From Bispira polyomma (Eukaryota): a stretch of DNA of 64,000 bases. The DNA is taken from positions 12,586,001 to 12,650,000 of the forward strand of contig OZ287759.1 of the NCBI GenBank assembly GCA_965649765.1, given 5' to 3'. The translations under genes were made by a program, and so were the position numbers. Every line of letters starts with the position of its first letter. The stretch's first letter is position 1. Below, one piece after another: positions 38,400-51,693 of this stretch. The notes below the pieces were generated by a model. The model made no database searches. It worked only from the letters and a program-made list of their open reading frames with translations, and was not told the DNA's origin.

Positions 38400-41300
38400 C
38401 TACATTAATGCCTTAAACCGCTGTCTCAGAGTGATTACAAAGGCTCGGAAGTTGTTGGTGTCATTCAACTTTTGGGCCAGTTCTTCCAAGTCATTCACTG
38501 GGGGTTCACAGCCAGAGACTGAAATGAACAAATAGAGAATAGTTTAACTTACCAGTACAAATAACTCGTAAAATTGACATACAGTGGAACCCTGTTAAGT
38601 CGAATCTAAAGGGACCATAATAAGTTATTCTACTTAACAGAAATTCTACTTAACAGGGTAAATTTTAATTAGAATTATAGCAATGGGATTGTAAAATCAC
38701 TTCTACTTAACAGGTAATTCCACTTATCAGAGTTCAGCCCTACTTAAAAGCTCTACTTAAAAACCTGCGCCAAAAACCTCTTCCGAAAATAGAATGTTTA
38801 CAAAAATGTAATTTTGACATGGCTGTTTTCAAAATGTATGTTTCAAAATGGTGCTATATATCATAAAAATTAAAATCAAAAACAGTTCTTCTAACATAGA
38901 TATAAAAAAAAAACAAACACATATTTATCATGTAATTGTATTGTATGATTAGCTTCTTTTTGCTATGATAGGAATAAGTATTCCGTTTTCAGAATGACTA
39001 TTCTGTTTTCAGAAGACCACCAGAAATGCGCCTACTGATAGTAATCTGGGGCCGTATATTCCAACAATCTCAAGTCAAATTTAAGCTCAAAAGACTCAAA
39101 ACCCCCACATCGAGTAGTGGTTTTATCATTTGCAAAAATCTACACAGCTTTCTAGGAGGTAAAAACAAACAAAATCCAGTGTATTTCACTCCAAAAGTAG
39201 CAGTGAGACAGGGCGCCCGGTTACTCGATTACGGGCTGAAATTGTGGGGATACCGGAGTGAAATTTGCGATTCGGGGACTCGTAAATGTATACGTTTTGT
39301 AGTAAAAATCTTACAATTATCGCCTATAATCCTAATTCACTTCACCAAAATACTAACTTTGGTTTAATTCTTGCACCTAACATTCATTTCCTTCTAATTT
39401 ACAATATTCCCCCAGATATTTGCCTTTATTTTTCGATAGATTCTGTTTACATAAGCCGCCATTTTGTTAGACTAAATTCTACGGTAACCCAGTATTAAAA
39501 CGGTTAGACGCTAGCGATTACTCAGGCTGAATTTTTAGTGCCTGCCTCACCCCTATTCATAAGACAGTCTTCTGGTAAAGTGTATATTAGATGTACATTA
39601 GCTAGAACTTTCAATAGGAAATACCATATCAGAACATTTAGGACTCATACACACAAACTATGTGCGTAATAATGCTGTTTTGTTTCAAATACTGTTGAAA
39701 ATTACATATATTTCAATGTTTTGAGGAAATATGATATGCATTTGAAGGTAAAATATTAACAATTTGTCAACCTGTTCTAAACACTTCATAGCAGTGATTG
39801 CCATATTTGTTTATTATAAAACGATGTGCGCCATGTAGGCTGGGGGGATTTTTTTTGAATTTGGATATTTTAACGTCCACTCTAATACCAGTTTAGGTTA
39901 TACTGGGACGGGTAGTTGGAAACGCTGGAGGAAACACTGCATACAGTTGATCAAGGTTCTGCACTGAAACCAGCGGCCCACAGTAAGGAACTACCACCTT
40001 TCCCACATAGGCATAGACGGAAGTCGAACCCATGCCAGCAGATCCCAGAGGTGAGAGACCAGTGATTGTAAAGCGTGCAGGCTGGGGGGTGTAAACTGTG
40101 AAATTGGATGAGACCTCAATTAGAGGGGATACATCAGACTATATACGTTAATACGAAAACATGAATACTGCAAATACTCACTTTCATAGGAATGGTCAGC
40201 TTTAATTTTGACAAAGCAGTAGAATATCTTTGCTGGGTCTTTGTAATCTATACAATTCAATACCATCTGCATACGACCACCTGAAAAAAAAGTGACACAG
40301 AAGCAATAAAATTTATTATTCAAATAATAGAGGTGTTACTGTCTTGTAAACAACTAAACAGCCTTGCCACTGTTGGGATTTGATTTATGGAATTTGCTGA
40401 TCTTGAGAATAATTGTCTAGTACACTAACAGTTAAGCTAAAGAGGAAATCCTGGAAGCACGAGTGTTTAATGCACTGATATAAATGGACATTACATGCCT
40501 CACCCCCACAAAGACCTGTCCTCAGGTCTTATACTATTTCATCAGGACTCTACTAACTCACTTGGCTAAAGAGAGAGGGGATCTTGCCACTGAACTGCAC
40601 TATGTCAACAACTAAACAGCTAAAAGATTTGATCTATGAACCTTGCAGATCTTGAGATTAATAGTCCGGTACATTAACAGTTGAGCTAAAGGGGAAATCC
40701 TGGAAGCATGAGTGTTAATGTGCTGATATACACAGATATTACATGCCTCTGCCCCATGAAGACCTGTCCTCAGGTTTTATACTACTTTTACATTAGGACT
40801 CTATTTACCCACTTGGCCTATGAGAGGGGGGATCTTGCCACCGAACTGCACTATGTAAACAACTAAGAAGGCTTGCCTTTGCTGAGATTTGATCCGAGGA
40901 CCTTGCAGATCTTGAGATTAATAGTTCAGGACATCAACAGTTGAGCTATAGTGGAAATCCTGGTAGTCTGAGTGTCTTATGCGCTGATATACACAAATAT
41001 TACAGTATTTACCCAAACTGCATTCAAAGCCTGAACCGATTTTGGTTTCCATTTGTCATTTTCACAAAATAATAATTAACAGTTTTTCACACACATTCAG
41101 ATACATTCTACGTCCACCACACAATTCACCTGAGACTTTCTTTAACTGGAGCCCCAGCCTGTCTTTAAAATAGTCTACTGCTTTCTCCAGCTCCTGACTG
41201 GTGTGCTGTGTGGCTTTACTTTGTGCCTCTAGTTCTAAAAACAAATATATAGTTATAACTAATACTGTACAATACTGCAAATTACATACATTTCAATGTT

Positions 41301-44300
41301 TTTAAATAAAATTTTTAAACTTCATATGTACAAAATATGTGTATAATATTATTAGTGAGATTTTTGTTTCATATATTGTACAAAATACATATATTTCAAT
41401 ATTTTGAAGAAATATGACAAGCAAGGTAAAATATTAAGGCCTAAAGTCAATATTACAAAAATGCCGATGGATCACCTAAAACTTTTTAATTTAAAACCAC
41501 AGAAAATTCATACTTAAAAGCATTTCTTTTATAATAAACAAACATTATACTTACAATTTATCACACAACAGTCTTACAGTCCAGTATATAAAGCAATATT
41601 TAACCAAACAAAAGTTATGGTCTCACACGGAATATCCGCTTTATTAAATTAATTAGGTCTACCTGTGGTGTACAGGTAGATGTCCGCTGTTACATTAGGT
41701 TGCTAAAACAAAATGCTATGAACATGTGCAGAAAAATATCCTGACATTATCAATTAGTCTGTCATTTAATTCAAAAACTAATAATAAGTAATTTTGACAA
41801 TATTTAACACTAGAAAAGGTTTCCTGTGTTACCTGTTCTTTCCTTTAGGTTTTCATCCACCATGTCCCTGTTTCTTTTGTTCAAGTGCTCTTTCTGTAAA
41901 AGCAAACTATCGGCCTCTTTTCTCACATTCTCCAGTGAAATCTTCAGCTTCTTTATATCTTCTGACAGTTCTTCCCCAGCTTTATGCACAAAAATATCAA
42001 ATTATTGGGGAGGTTTGTTTTTTTGAAGCATTTTTTAAAGTTCCCCCATTCATATATCATCCTCTAAGCCACTTGTTTTCTGAAATGGATAGTCCTACAA
42101 CATATACCCTTGGTTGTCATCAGTAGGCAATGGCTTGTTCACATTGTGCCCAAGGATGCTATATCCCACCAATGAACCTAGCAGCATTGGCGGAACTCGA
42201 ACCAGGGTCCTCCTGAACACGAGATCAACTCCCCGAACTGGTAGTCAAACCGGGGGTATTCTAACCACCAGACCAACTCCCTAACCACTAGGCCATGGGA
42301 GATAAAATTTTAAAATTTGGCCATTTTTGTAACTCTTAATGCTTCTGACATCCAGGTTGTCGACTAGCATCTAAAAGAATTTCGTACACCCAGAATGAAA
42401 TATCTCCCGACAAGCAGTTGACATGCCAAAAATACTATTTTCAATTTCCTTCAGTTCCTCGCAATATAGGAATTGTTATGTAAAAAACTAAATGTGAGGT
42501 CGTTATTGAATGCCGGAAGTAGTCTGTGGTGTGTGTTTTATTAGTGACTTCAGTTATTTGTAACTTATTACCGAAACATTTCCTTCCCTCCTCTTTCCGG
42601 CGATAGTTTTGTCTCAGGGTGGAAATGGTTAAGTAAAGCAGAGCATGACTCACCTTTTCTGTCTCTTGACTCTTTATCTCGCAAATCTGCAATACTGTCT
42701 TGTAGAACGGCCAGCTTACCTGGGGACATTAGACATAATCAAGTTATGTTATGAGGGTACAATTGTCATGGATATTTTTACTGCCGGGGTATCCACTATT
42801 CTTGCAAAGGCAGTGTTAAATAGTAGAAATTAAAAAAAAAATTAAAGTTACATAATATCAAATCTTTTATTCTTCTGGATAAATAATTGTAGTATAGAAG
42901 TATCCAAAAAATGGAATATGGCATGGGAAAAGAAGAATGATCTATCAAAGATGTGTATTTTATATCAATTTAGAAGATAAAAGGTATTGTAAATTTACAC
43001 CCAAAAATTTCAGTTTATGTACCTGATTGTTTATATACGATTAACATGTTTGTATTAGAAATGGGTATTCAGTGCATTCTTAATTCAGAACATGTTTGAA
43101 TGATGAGGCACATTAGATTTTATTAGATTAGTATTTGGTGTCAAAATTAATATGCTCTAGATCTGGAGTGGAGATATTTACATGTAACGCCACATCAATA
43201 TAATAATAAATTCATCTATCTATCTAAATCAGTTCAGTAGTTTTTGTGACAAACAAACTAACAGACATGGCTTAAACAATAGCCTGCATGGAGGATTAAA
43301 ACATAAGAGAGATAGAAGGTAAGAACAACACTCACTCTGAAGTGTTTTTGTATTCTCTCTCTGTTCAAGTTTGGCATTGTGAAGGATGCCTTCTAAATGA
43401 GATATACCTGTCCAATCTTGAACAAACTTGCTGGTCACTTCCTACAAAATTACAAATAATGATAAAATCAAACACAGTAGAATTTAAAATTTATTTTAGG
43501 TTTTTCAACAGTTTCAGTGATATTGCGCCTGTCAACTACCGACCTACGGCAAATACCTTACTTTTTTGGATGAAGAAAGAATCTGTGACACTCGATCCCC
43601 ACAGGTGAGGGGCCAATGATACCAAATAGATCAAATATCAAGGGACTGAAAAAAATGTGTCCCACTTAACAGAAATTCTACTCACCAGGGTAAATATAAA
43701 TTAGAATTATACCAATGGGATTTTAGAATCATTTCTACTTAACAGGTAATTTTACTTATCAGAGTTCAGCTCTACTTAGAAGGGTTTGACTGTATAATTA
43801 AAACCCCTTTAAGTAGGATTCTGTTCAGTCAATTTCTATTTTATGTAACCAAAAATGTAAAAAAAAATGTGAACCCACAAAGGTGTTATTTGAAATCTAA
43901 CCTGTTAAGTAAAAAGCATGATTGAATAAAGTTGTTTTTTTCTGGTGCCTCAAAGGTCGACTTAAAAGTATTTCAACAATAGGAACCTAAAATAACTTCC
44001 ACCTAACAGACAATTACCCTCAGCAAAGTTTTACTTAAAAAGGGTTTTGATTGTATATTATTAGTATTCGAACAAATGTTCTAAAAATGAAAATATTTTT
44101 ATATACATACCAAATGTAAAAGAAATTTGCTATGAATAAATATATCTACACATAATTACATATTATATGCAAAAGGAATGCTATATCTAATATCGTTTTC
44201 TATTCACTTAATGTGAAAATATAATACTTATGTAGTAAATATTAAAAAGATCCTCTTGTTAACAAGAATTCATTAAGATCACAAAAACATGATATTTTAT

Positions 44301-44787
44301 TAGTGGTTGTTGCGCCTGCTGCCTTATTTACTTCTGTCAACTTTTAATAATTGTAAGTGTTTCAATGCCTGTTTCTTTAATATCACTTGCAACAACTGTT
44401 TTCTATCATGACAGCCACTTTATTGGTTGAATCAAGCAGAATACAGTGGTTGGCAAAGGTTTGTTATACTGCAATATAAACCATCGGCCTTTGACAGCAA
44501 GTATACCACCAAAATGTCCTACATACATCATACATGGCATGGCTGAGAATCGACACCAAGACTATAGAGGTGAAAGGCAAGAGTGTTACCTCCACACCGA
44601 CTTGACCCTACCTTGACCCTCATATAAAGATACTAACGTCCTAACAAAATGCAGTTAAACCCTGTTACATTACATTCGAATTTCATGAAAAGCAAACCTT
44701 GAGTGATTCATTCAGCACCCTTAACTGTTCATCTAGATCAGCCTTGCTGGTTTGTCCACTGCTCATTGCTCTTAACACAGATGGCAT
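38400..44787 (-). CDS. SPC25: kinetochore NDC80-complex subunit Spc25, ~243 aa; exons 44787-44698, 43441-43336, 42719-42654, 41979-41833, 41234-41130, 40280-40182, 38518-38400
   Basis: All introns are GT-AG and phase-compatible (732 nt total). Coiled-coil N-terminus, then FKDRLGL.LKKV.G..MQ.V..CID.KDP and terminal CEP.V..LEEL..KLN.TNNF.AFV..LR..FK, the Spc25 RWD-domain signature. The 5' exons are less certain than the last three. Confidence 0.88.
38580..38760. mobile_element. Tigger/pogo-like MITE family (TA-CAGT...ACTG-TA; TTCTACTTAACAG repeats)
   Basis: Starts TACAGTGGAACCC. Related pieces at ~43640-44056, ~45285-45460, ~59190-59303, ~61714-62030 and ~63775-63962. Confidence 0.65.
39198..39555. 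mobile_element. hAT-type MITE (inverted copy of 60191-60568)
   Basis: TAGCAGTGAGAC...GCCTCACCCCTA; degenerate 8-bp TSD TCCAAAAG / TTCATAAG. Confidence 0.8.
39848..40075 (-). mobile_element. SINE family A copy, 5'-truncated
   Basis: Homologous to 3114-3376; ~14-bp TSD TG(T/C)AGGCTGGGGGG. Confidence 0.9.
40345..41004 (-). mobile_element. tandem-array TRIM (3 LTRs, 2 internal segments), related to 28204-28603
   Basis: LTRs at 40345-40495, 40603-40743 and 40854-41004, separated by ~108-bp internal segments; flanks GTCT / GTAT (4-bp TSD with one mismatch). Confidence 0.82.
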
Positions 44788-45004
44788 ACACGCTCACTCT
44801 GCTAAAACCTTTATAAGTACAGGTGTATCATGTGATTTAATTAAATAAATTTAATTGAATCAATGTAATTGAAGATTTTTTTAAAATCAGCAAATTGATG
44901 AAACTGTTACCTGCTGTTAGAGTAGAAATTGAAAGCACTTCTACATATCGTTATTGTTTTAAACGTTTTAAGGCAAACATCAATCAATATAAATATATCA
45001 TAGT

Positions 45005-45110
45005 AACATCCCGCCACCTGGAAGTATGTGCTTTTTTTCAATTTTTGTGTGGGTTAGTATTTTCTTGAACTGTAAACAAAGATGTCACTTCCAAGTCCCA
45101 CTTTATTGGT
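45005..45110 (-). promoter_or_regulatory. candidate Spc25 promoter
   Basis: E2F-like GGCGGGA (45015-45009) and CCAAT (45109-45105) lie just upstream of a putative 5'UTR donor CAG|GTAAC at 44910. Motif-level evidence only. Confidence 0.3.
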
Positions 45111-46068
45111 AAATGAAACTGTCTAACAACTAATTAAACAGGTGGTGCTGACTTTGACCTACTCAATACATCTCTTCAATTACGTACATTAATATGTTAT
45201 TTATTTTTCTTGGTGACCAAGACTAATAGGAGGCCTAAGCCAGCACCACCTGTGTACTAGTGGGTAGGGGAAGGGGGGTGTTGAGTCAAACCCCTTTAAG
45301 TAAAACTCTGTTAAGTCATTTTCCCTGTTATGTGGAGACAAATTTGAAGTCCCATAAAGGCATTTTCCATTCAAGTCTACCCTGTTAAGTGGAAATCCTG
45401 CTTAAGTAGAGGTATTATTCCTGGTCCCTTGAGGTTTCACTTGAAGGGGTTTAACTGTATATATAGCAAGGGGGAAATATGGAGGGGAAAGTGGTGTAAG
45501 TATAGTTACTTGGTGTTAATATCAATTAGTATATATATCATTGTTAGTTGAGGGGAAATGGGGAGGGGCAACAACTGGCGTAAGTTGGACAAAATTAAAT
45601 GGCCTAACTTTGATTAATATCAATTGGACTACAATATTTCTCCAAATGTGTCACACTTATGGCCTCTTTATTCTTGGTATGAGTTACTCTACAATGATTG
45701 GTGGTAGGGTAGGTTGGACTTAATAGAAAAATTAAATATTAAGTTTATATTTCTATTACATAACTGTATCAAAAATGTAATTAAATTCTTATGTTGTTTT
45801 TGGGAGCAAAGGAAAATGTTGTTTTATGGTAAAAGTTCCAAAAAATTCATTTCTCTGCGACACACATACTTGTTGGGGTTTTTTTTATGTTAAAAGTGAC
45901 CATTAAGCCTGATGGGTACAGAAATGTTATTGTATTTTATGTACTGTATCTATCTATCTGTCTATCTAAATTATAAAATAGCCCCTCCCGCTAGAGTTAA
46001 TAACGTACTTGTTTATGTGTGTATAATGAACTTGTACAATGGTAATTTTTATAAGTATAGTATAAAGA

Positions 46069-47251
46069 AAGGGCCAACTTTTTTTTTTTTGAATTGTCGA
46101 GATAATATCTCGATAAATCGAGATAATTTAGGAATTTTTTTTTTTTTTTTGAATTGTCGAGATAATATCTCGATAAAGATAATTTAGAAAAATTTTTTGT
46201 ATAATATATTTTATTTTCCAATGTACAATAGATAATAGCATGGCGATTGGGCATTTCAGTAAATTATGTATATAACGCATTTGTAACATATAGTACATAC
46301 TACAAATAATCCCTTAAATATAAATGGCATTTTATTTTGAAAGGTAGCCCTTAAGGTTGCCTTAACTAAACTGCTGAGTTACTAGTAAAGATTCAAGTAA
46401 CTTAAACAAAATATAAGATGACCTTAAGTCTCTTCTTTACTAGTAGTATGCTATAATAGGTAGATGACATTAAGTCATTCTACTTTTCTTAATTAAAGTT
46501 AACCTTAAAAGCGTGGTTATTATAGTTAATGTTAACCTAAAGTCACTCACATTATGGTGACTTTAAGTCACCCTTGGTAATTAAAAATGGTAATTCTCTA
46601 TAGTTTAGTAAAGTAACCTCAAAGTCACTGTATTATCTATACTCATGGCTAACTTAATTATGTTAAAGTGGCCTTAACTTCTCGGTCACCTAAAATTGTA
46701 ATTAGTAAGTGTTTTAACCTGACTAACCCTTTAGTGATTAAATATTAGATGTTAGTGATAGAATAAAGTGCCCAAAGTGTCATACGCCTTTCCTTTGTCA
46801 TTACCTCATATCACTTGCTTTCCATATCTGGGGTGGCCTGTAGACTGAGTTTATGTAAATAAAATGAGAAATACTGACCAATTTTGTTTAAATTGGCTTT
46901 TGTTAAAAGCCTGATTAACTACTTTTGACACTAGCTATGACTGTTTGTATCTTGTCCTGATTACCTACTTTTGACTTTATGACTGTTTGCTGATTAACTA
47001 CTTTTGACCTCTCTGACTGTTTGCTGATTAACTTTTGACCCGATGACTGTTTGTGCCCTTTTCCATGTTGGCTGTTTAGTTGGCCACTCACACACCTTCC
47101 TTCTCTTTGGTGGATAATTATCTCGATTTATCAAGATATTATCTCGACAATTCAAAAAAAAAAAATTTCTAAATTATCTCGATTTATTGAGATACTATCT
47201 CAACAATTCAAAAAAAAAAAAAAAAGTTGGCCCTTATACTCTTCCGTAGTG
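46069..47251. mobile_element. foldback-like non-autonomous DNA element with ~120-bp repetitive TIRs
   Basis: AAGGGCCAACT(n)GAATTGTCGAGATAATATCTCGATAAA twice at the left end, mirrored at 47112-47235. The right end terminates in TAGTG (CACTA on the - strand); the left tip is missing. Internal ~33-bp tandem repeat at 46910-47053. Confidence 0.75.
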
Positions 47252-47269
47252 GAATAATATTACCTTGGA

Positions 47270-48240
47270 ATGGCTACAAGTGGCGTAGAATGTCCAAGTG
47301 CGTCTCTCCCACTTATAGAGGTAGAAGACATCAATGATTTCATTCAAAGTCTTGAAAGTAAAGTTGTTATTGTTCCAAAGGAAGTTAAAGTAAGAAACAC
47401 CCTGAGTAAAGTAGTTGCCGAGAAGGCAATAACAGAAAGTGATGTTAGTTTGGCAGTTACAGAGCATGTCATGAAGGGTAAAACACGTAAAAATCCTGAA
47501 AAAGGTAAAAGAGAAGCACCATTTGTGCCCCCATTTAAGTCCAAAAAAACAATTCTGACAATTTTCAAACTAAATCAGTAAACATGAATACAGAGAGCAC
47601 CCTTGCAGGTCCTTCAGGTGTTTGAACAAACAATGATTGTAATAATGAACAGCAATCTGTCAATGAAAATGATGATGATTTGTGTTGTATATGCCAATCA
47701 TTTTCACCTCCACAACTCAAAATTACAGGAGTACTTGTGATTGTAGACTGGGCACAATGTGACAGGTGCAAGGACTGGACACACTTAAAATTTTGTACAA
47801 CTGTACAAAGAGTTGCTAGAAATGATATGTTTTTGTGCCCACATTGTGCCCCAAAGACAGCATGTGATGAAGAGTAATTTTGGCTCTTTTTGTTACTTTT
47901 GTTAGAGATATGGACTTCATAAATAGTACTAAGTACAATTTTTAAGGTGACAGACATAACTATAATCAAGTTTCTTTAATGGTAAAATAATTAAGAGGTG
48001 CCATGACTGTACTAATATTTAGAAAGGTTAATGATACTGTACATGATAGTGAAAGTGTTATTGTTGTCTTGGTAAATAAATGTAAAAGGTGAAATTTTGT
48101 TGTTATCCATATCCAGATGTTTTGAAAATGTGTTCTTAAAATTTTGAGAGGCACTTTTTATTTGATATTAGTGGCCTCCCTCCTCTAAATACATTCAAAA
48201 CAATCAAAACAACATTATCGCGAAAACAGGTGCTCCCCAT
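47270..48240 (+). pseudogene. 3' remnant of a pogo/DDE-type transposase with C-terminal PHD finger
   Basis: R.TLSKVV..KAITE..V segment frameshifted relative to an acidic linker plus CCIC...WAQCDRC..WTHLKFC...FLCPHC (PHD). No 5' part. Repeated ATTATCGCGAAAAC at 48214 and 48421 resembles subterminal repeats. Confidence 0.6.
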
Positions 48241-49663
48241 TTTGTGTAGAAAAAAAAGTTACTTCTGATAAATATTGTCCATGCTCTTTATGTTTTACCA
48301 TTATTTGTGTATCTTTTATGGAATATACATATATATATATGTGGACTACAAGGAATACTTTGAAATGATGGAATAAAGGATTACTTGCATATAAAGTGAG
48401 TTATATGGTGTTTATCACGTATTATCGCGAAAACTGGTACCGCGAGGATACCTATGCCATTTTTACGTGAATTAGACATTTATACTTGTTGCATAGTCCA
48501 TATAAAATTCACTACGCTACTTTAACACCACTTGGACTCTCATGACTAGCCCGAGCTTTAGTACGAACCGACATTGTGATACATGTTACACAATTTAAAT
48601 ATTTTGTAGAACTGCTGTGAAAGATTTAGTTAAAAGGAGTCGCTACTTGAAAAACCTGGATCCATGTTCTGAATGTCAGACAATTATATACATATATCCC
48701 AGTATATAGGTATTTTACAGGGCAAGCTATTCCGAAATTCACAGGGCGACATTTTTTATGGGGTGAGACGTCTCGAAATCGTTTTGAATGGGCGATAATA
48801 GACTAAGAGTATTGTAAACAACCTTCAAAACCACATTGTATCACAGGCATATAATGTTAATATGATACTGGATGAAATACACTAAATTGGGTGAAAATGT
48901 ATTTTTAATTATAGTGGAACATACAGGCTATAATACATGAAGAACACTGTTTACTTTTCGTATTTACCGCCAATGAATCTAGGAGATTTTAGTAATTTTA
49001 AATAAAATTTAAATCAGCCGTATATATGTAGTGCGGACCGTTTTCGGGGTCTCAGCGAGGCCGCACGTATAGCAACATACCGCGTATAGTAACAAATGAC
49101 TTGGACTATTTTATTGAGTATTACTTTAACCGTTCCAATTTTAGTATATGTACTACATATATATAAATTATTGACAATATTTGTGTGAAAAAAAATCATA
49201 TTTCTGCATAGCAATCTGTATTATTATATATGAACTAGAAATACAGGAAACAAACGAATTATATATAAAGAAAATGAAGTTCAAACAAAATTTTACACTT
49301 ATTGTGATATCCAAAAGGTGTCATGGTACAATACAGTATAATATCATATATGATCACATATAAAAGTCATTCCATATAATTGATATTTTACTGACCAGGG
49401 ACCTTAAGTCTGGGCTCCGTATACAAGTGAAAAAAATCCTTCAAAGTGGTATTCACAAACAAGTCAAAAACTCTTGATTCATAGGTTTTACTAACAATCC
49501 AAGTTAACTAAGTTTTTTCTTTTAAGTAACTAAGTTTTCGTTCTTGATTACCACTTGGATCAAGGTTAGTAAAATATCAAGAAAATATTTCTAATTTAAG
49601 TTGGGAATGGGATTTCACTTGTTCGTGAATACCGTCCCTGATTCTAACTCTAGTAATAAGGTC

Positions 49664-50827
49664 TGTAAAGGTCAAAACTTATTTTGTATATACAAGCAAT
49701 AAAATAATTAGTTCAATAATGAAAGTTTTAATTAGAGGTATGATTAGAATTTATAATTATGATATTTTCTTTGTGTTTAATATATATTATACATTAAAGT
49801 AACAGCCTTTTGAGTTTCAAAGCCTATTTAACTTAATGTCAAGAAATGTATCACAAATCCAATAGGTCATTTAAGTTCAGTCCAATCATTTCTGTAAAAA
49901 ACAGGATATCCAGCAAAACCAAAAATATGTGATTTGGTGATTCACTTCCTATGTGCAGGGATCTGTGTGTTAGTCTCAATACAGGCTTATATTTTGTCAC
50001 ATGTTTTTTAATTGTTTAATATTCATGTTTTATTAGACTTCTACTCTCTTATTATAAAGCTATTATATGTATTATATAGTGACAATGTATCTATTATGGA
50101 CAAAACATTGTTCAGTGATGTTTTTGTATCTTTGAATCTTTCTCAACTGATAATATATTGTTTTAACGCTTTCAGTATGTGTATTTATATTTTTTGCTAA
50201 TATTAAGTATTTTTTGGAAAGGCTATTCACCGCCCACTTCAATTTTGTGATTATAAAAGGACAGAGTATTTTCAATTATACTTCAGTTGAAGTCAGTTGT
50301 TTAAGGAAATTTGTTGTTAGTTGTAAAAAGGAGCTAGAATTAGCTAAAGGAAGCTACAAATGGTAAGCAACTTTATAAGTTATTATTACTGTAAGTTTTC
50401 TGTAAATTGATGTAAGTGATACCTTAAACTTAGTAATGTGTTTTAACTGTCTTATATTGAGATGTTATTGTCTGGGATTCATATAACCTAAAATATATTA
50501 CAGTAAATATCTTTTGTAATTAATTTGTAATATAAACTAAATATACTATAGATTTAGTTAATGATGCTGTAATGAAAAGCTAACATCAGTAATAGAATTG
50601 TTTTCTTAAGATTTTTAAGCTTTAGTAAGATTAGTCTTGGTTTAGAAATTTATTTAGAAATCTTGTCAAATGTATTTTATTCTTGTTTTGGTGTTAATTA
50701 AGTAAAAGGGTTATTTTATTTGTATTTCAGTCAATCTTGCAATCACCAGTTTAAACACATGTAAAGGAATAAAGGGTGTTTGTGTGAATTGGTGTTTGTT
50801 TCCTCTCAAAGGATATAGCTAACTACA
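49664..50827 (+). mobile_element. solo LTR
   Basis: TGTAA...CTACA termini; perfect 5-bp TSD AGGTC (49659-49663 / 50828-50832); TATAAAA at 50252; AATAAA at 50768. Confidence 0.8.
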
Positions 50828-51009
50828 AGGTCCACTAAGAACAGTTTAAAACAAGCATCAATAATTTCAATATTCACATTAAGGACTCAACTAGAATTAC
50901 CTGCAATTAGAAAAATATTACACAAACTTATTTTTAACCTACATAACAAAGTTAAAGATGTATCTGTAAAGAAATCTTAAACATATTGGAAATAAAAATT
51001 ATTAAAGGC

Positions 51010-51650
51010 TGTGATAGTGTTATTACGTAGCTAACTCTAAAATTGTTGTGAGGAATTGCTTAGTTTTAACTGGGATACATGCTTTGTCGACAACAATATT
51101 GATATACTGGTATCCCTATGGACAAAATCTTTCCTAAGCATTGTTCAGAACCACATCCCAAACAGAATGGTAGAAATCAGACCAAATGCAGGCACTTCTA
51201 TAATGGGGATCTATGTATACCTAGATTATAGCCTAAATGTGAGATGGCCTTTAAATTCGCTTATAAAAGACTAAGAACCTGTGGATTCCTTGTCGAAATA
51301 TTGAGGTATAAGGAACATGTTTTACAGAGAATTAGTTGAGGCCAAAGAAAAATATTAATGAAAACTAAGAAGGTATCTAGCTAAAGAATTAATAAGTTGT
51401 AAAAAAAGTAGCAAATAATGTTCATGATGAAAAATAAATATTTCACTACCTATTTTATTGATGGCGGAAACATTATTACCTACAATGGAACTAAAGCAGC
51501 AAACTTCTTTTTGCCACATTCTAAGTTGAATGCTGAGGTAAATCATTGCCACCTGAAGTTGATGGTATTTCTAGTGAGTTCTGTTATATTATAATAATAA
51601 AAACAAGCTGTTACTGACTTTCTGAAGCTGATAGATACAACCAAGGCTAT
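51010..51650 (+). pseudogene. decayed CR1-like LINE fragment
   Basis: NWD.CF....ID.....W...FL.....IP.R.V.IRPN, typical of the endonuclease-RT linker; many stops. Confidence 0.55.
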
Positions 51651-51693
51651 ATTTAAGTTGGTTTTTATATATAAGCTACATCAGAGACAACAG

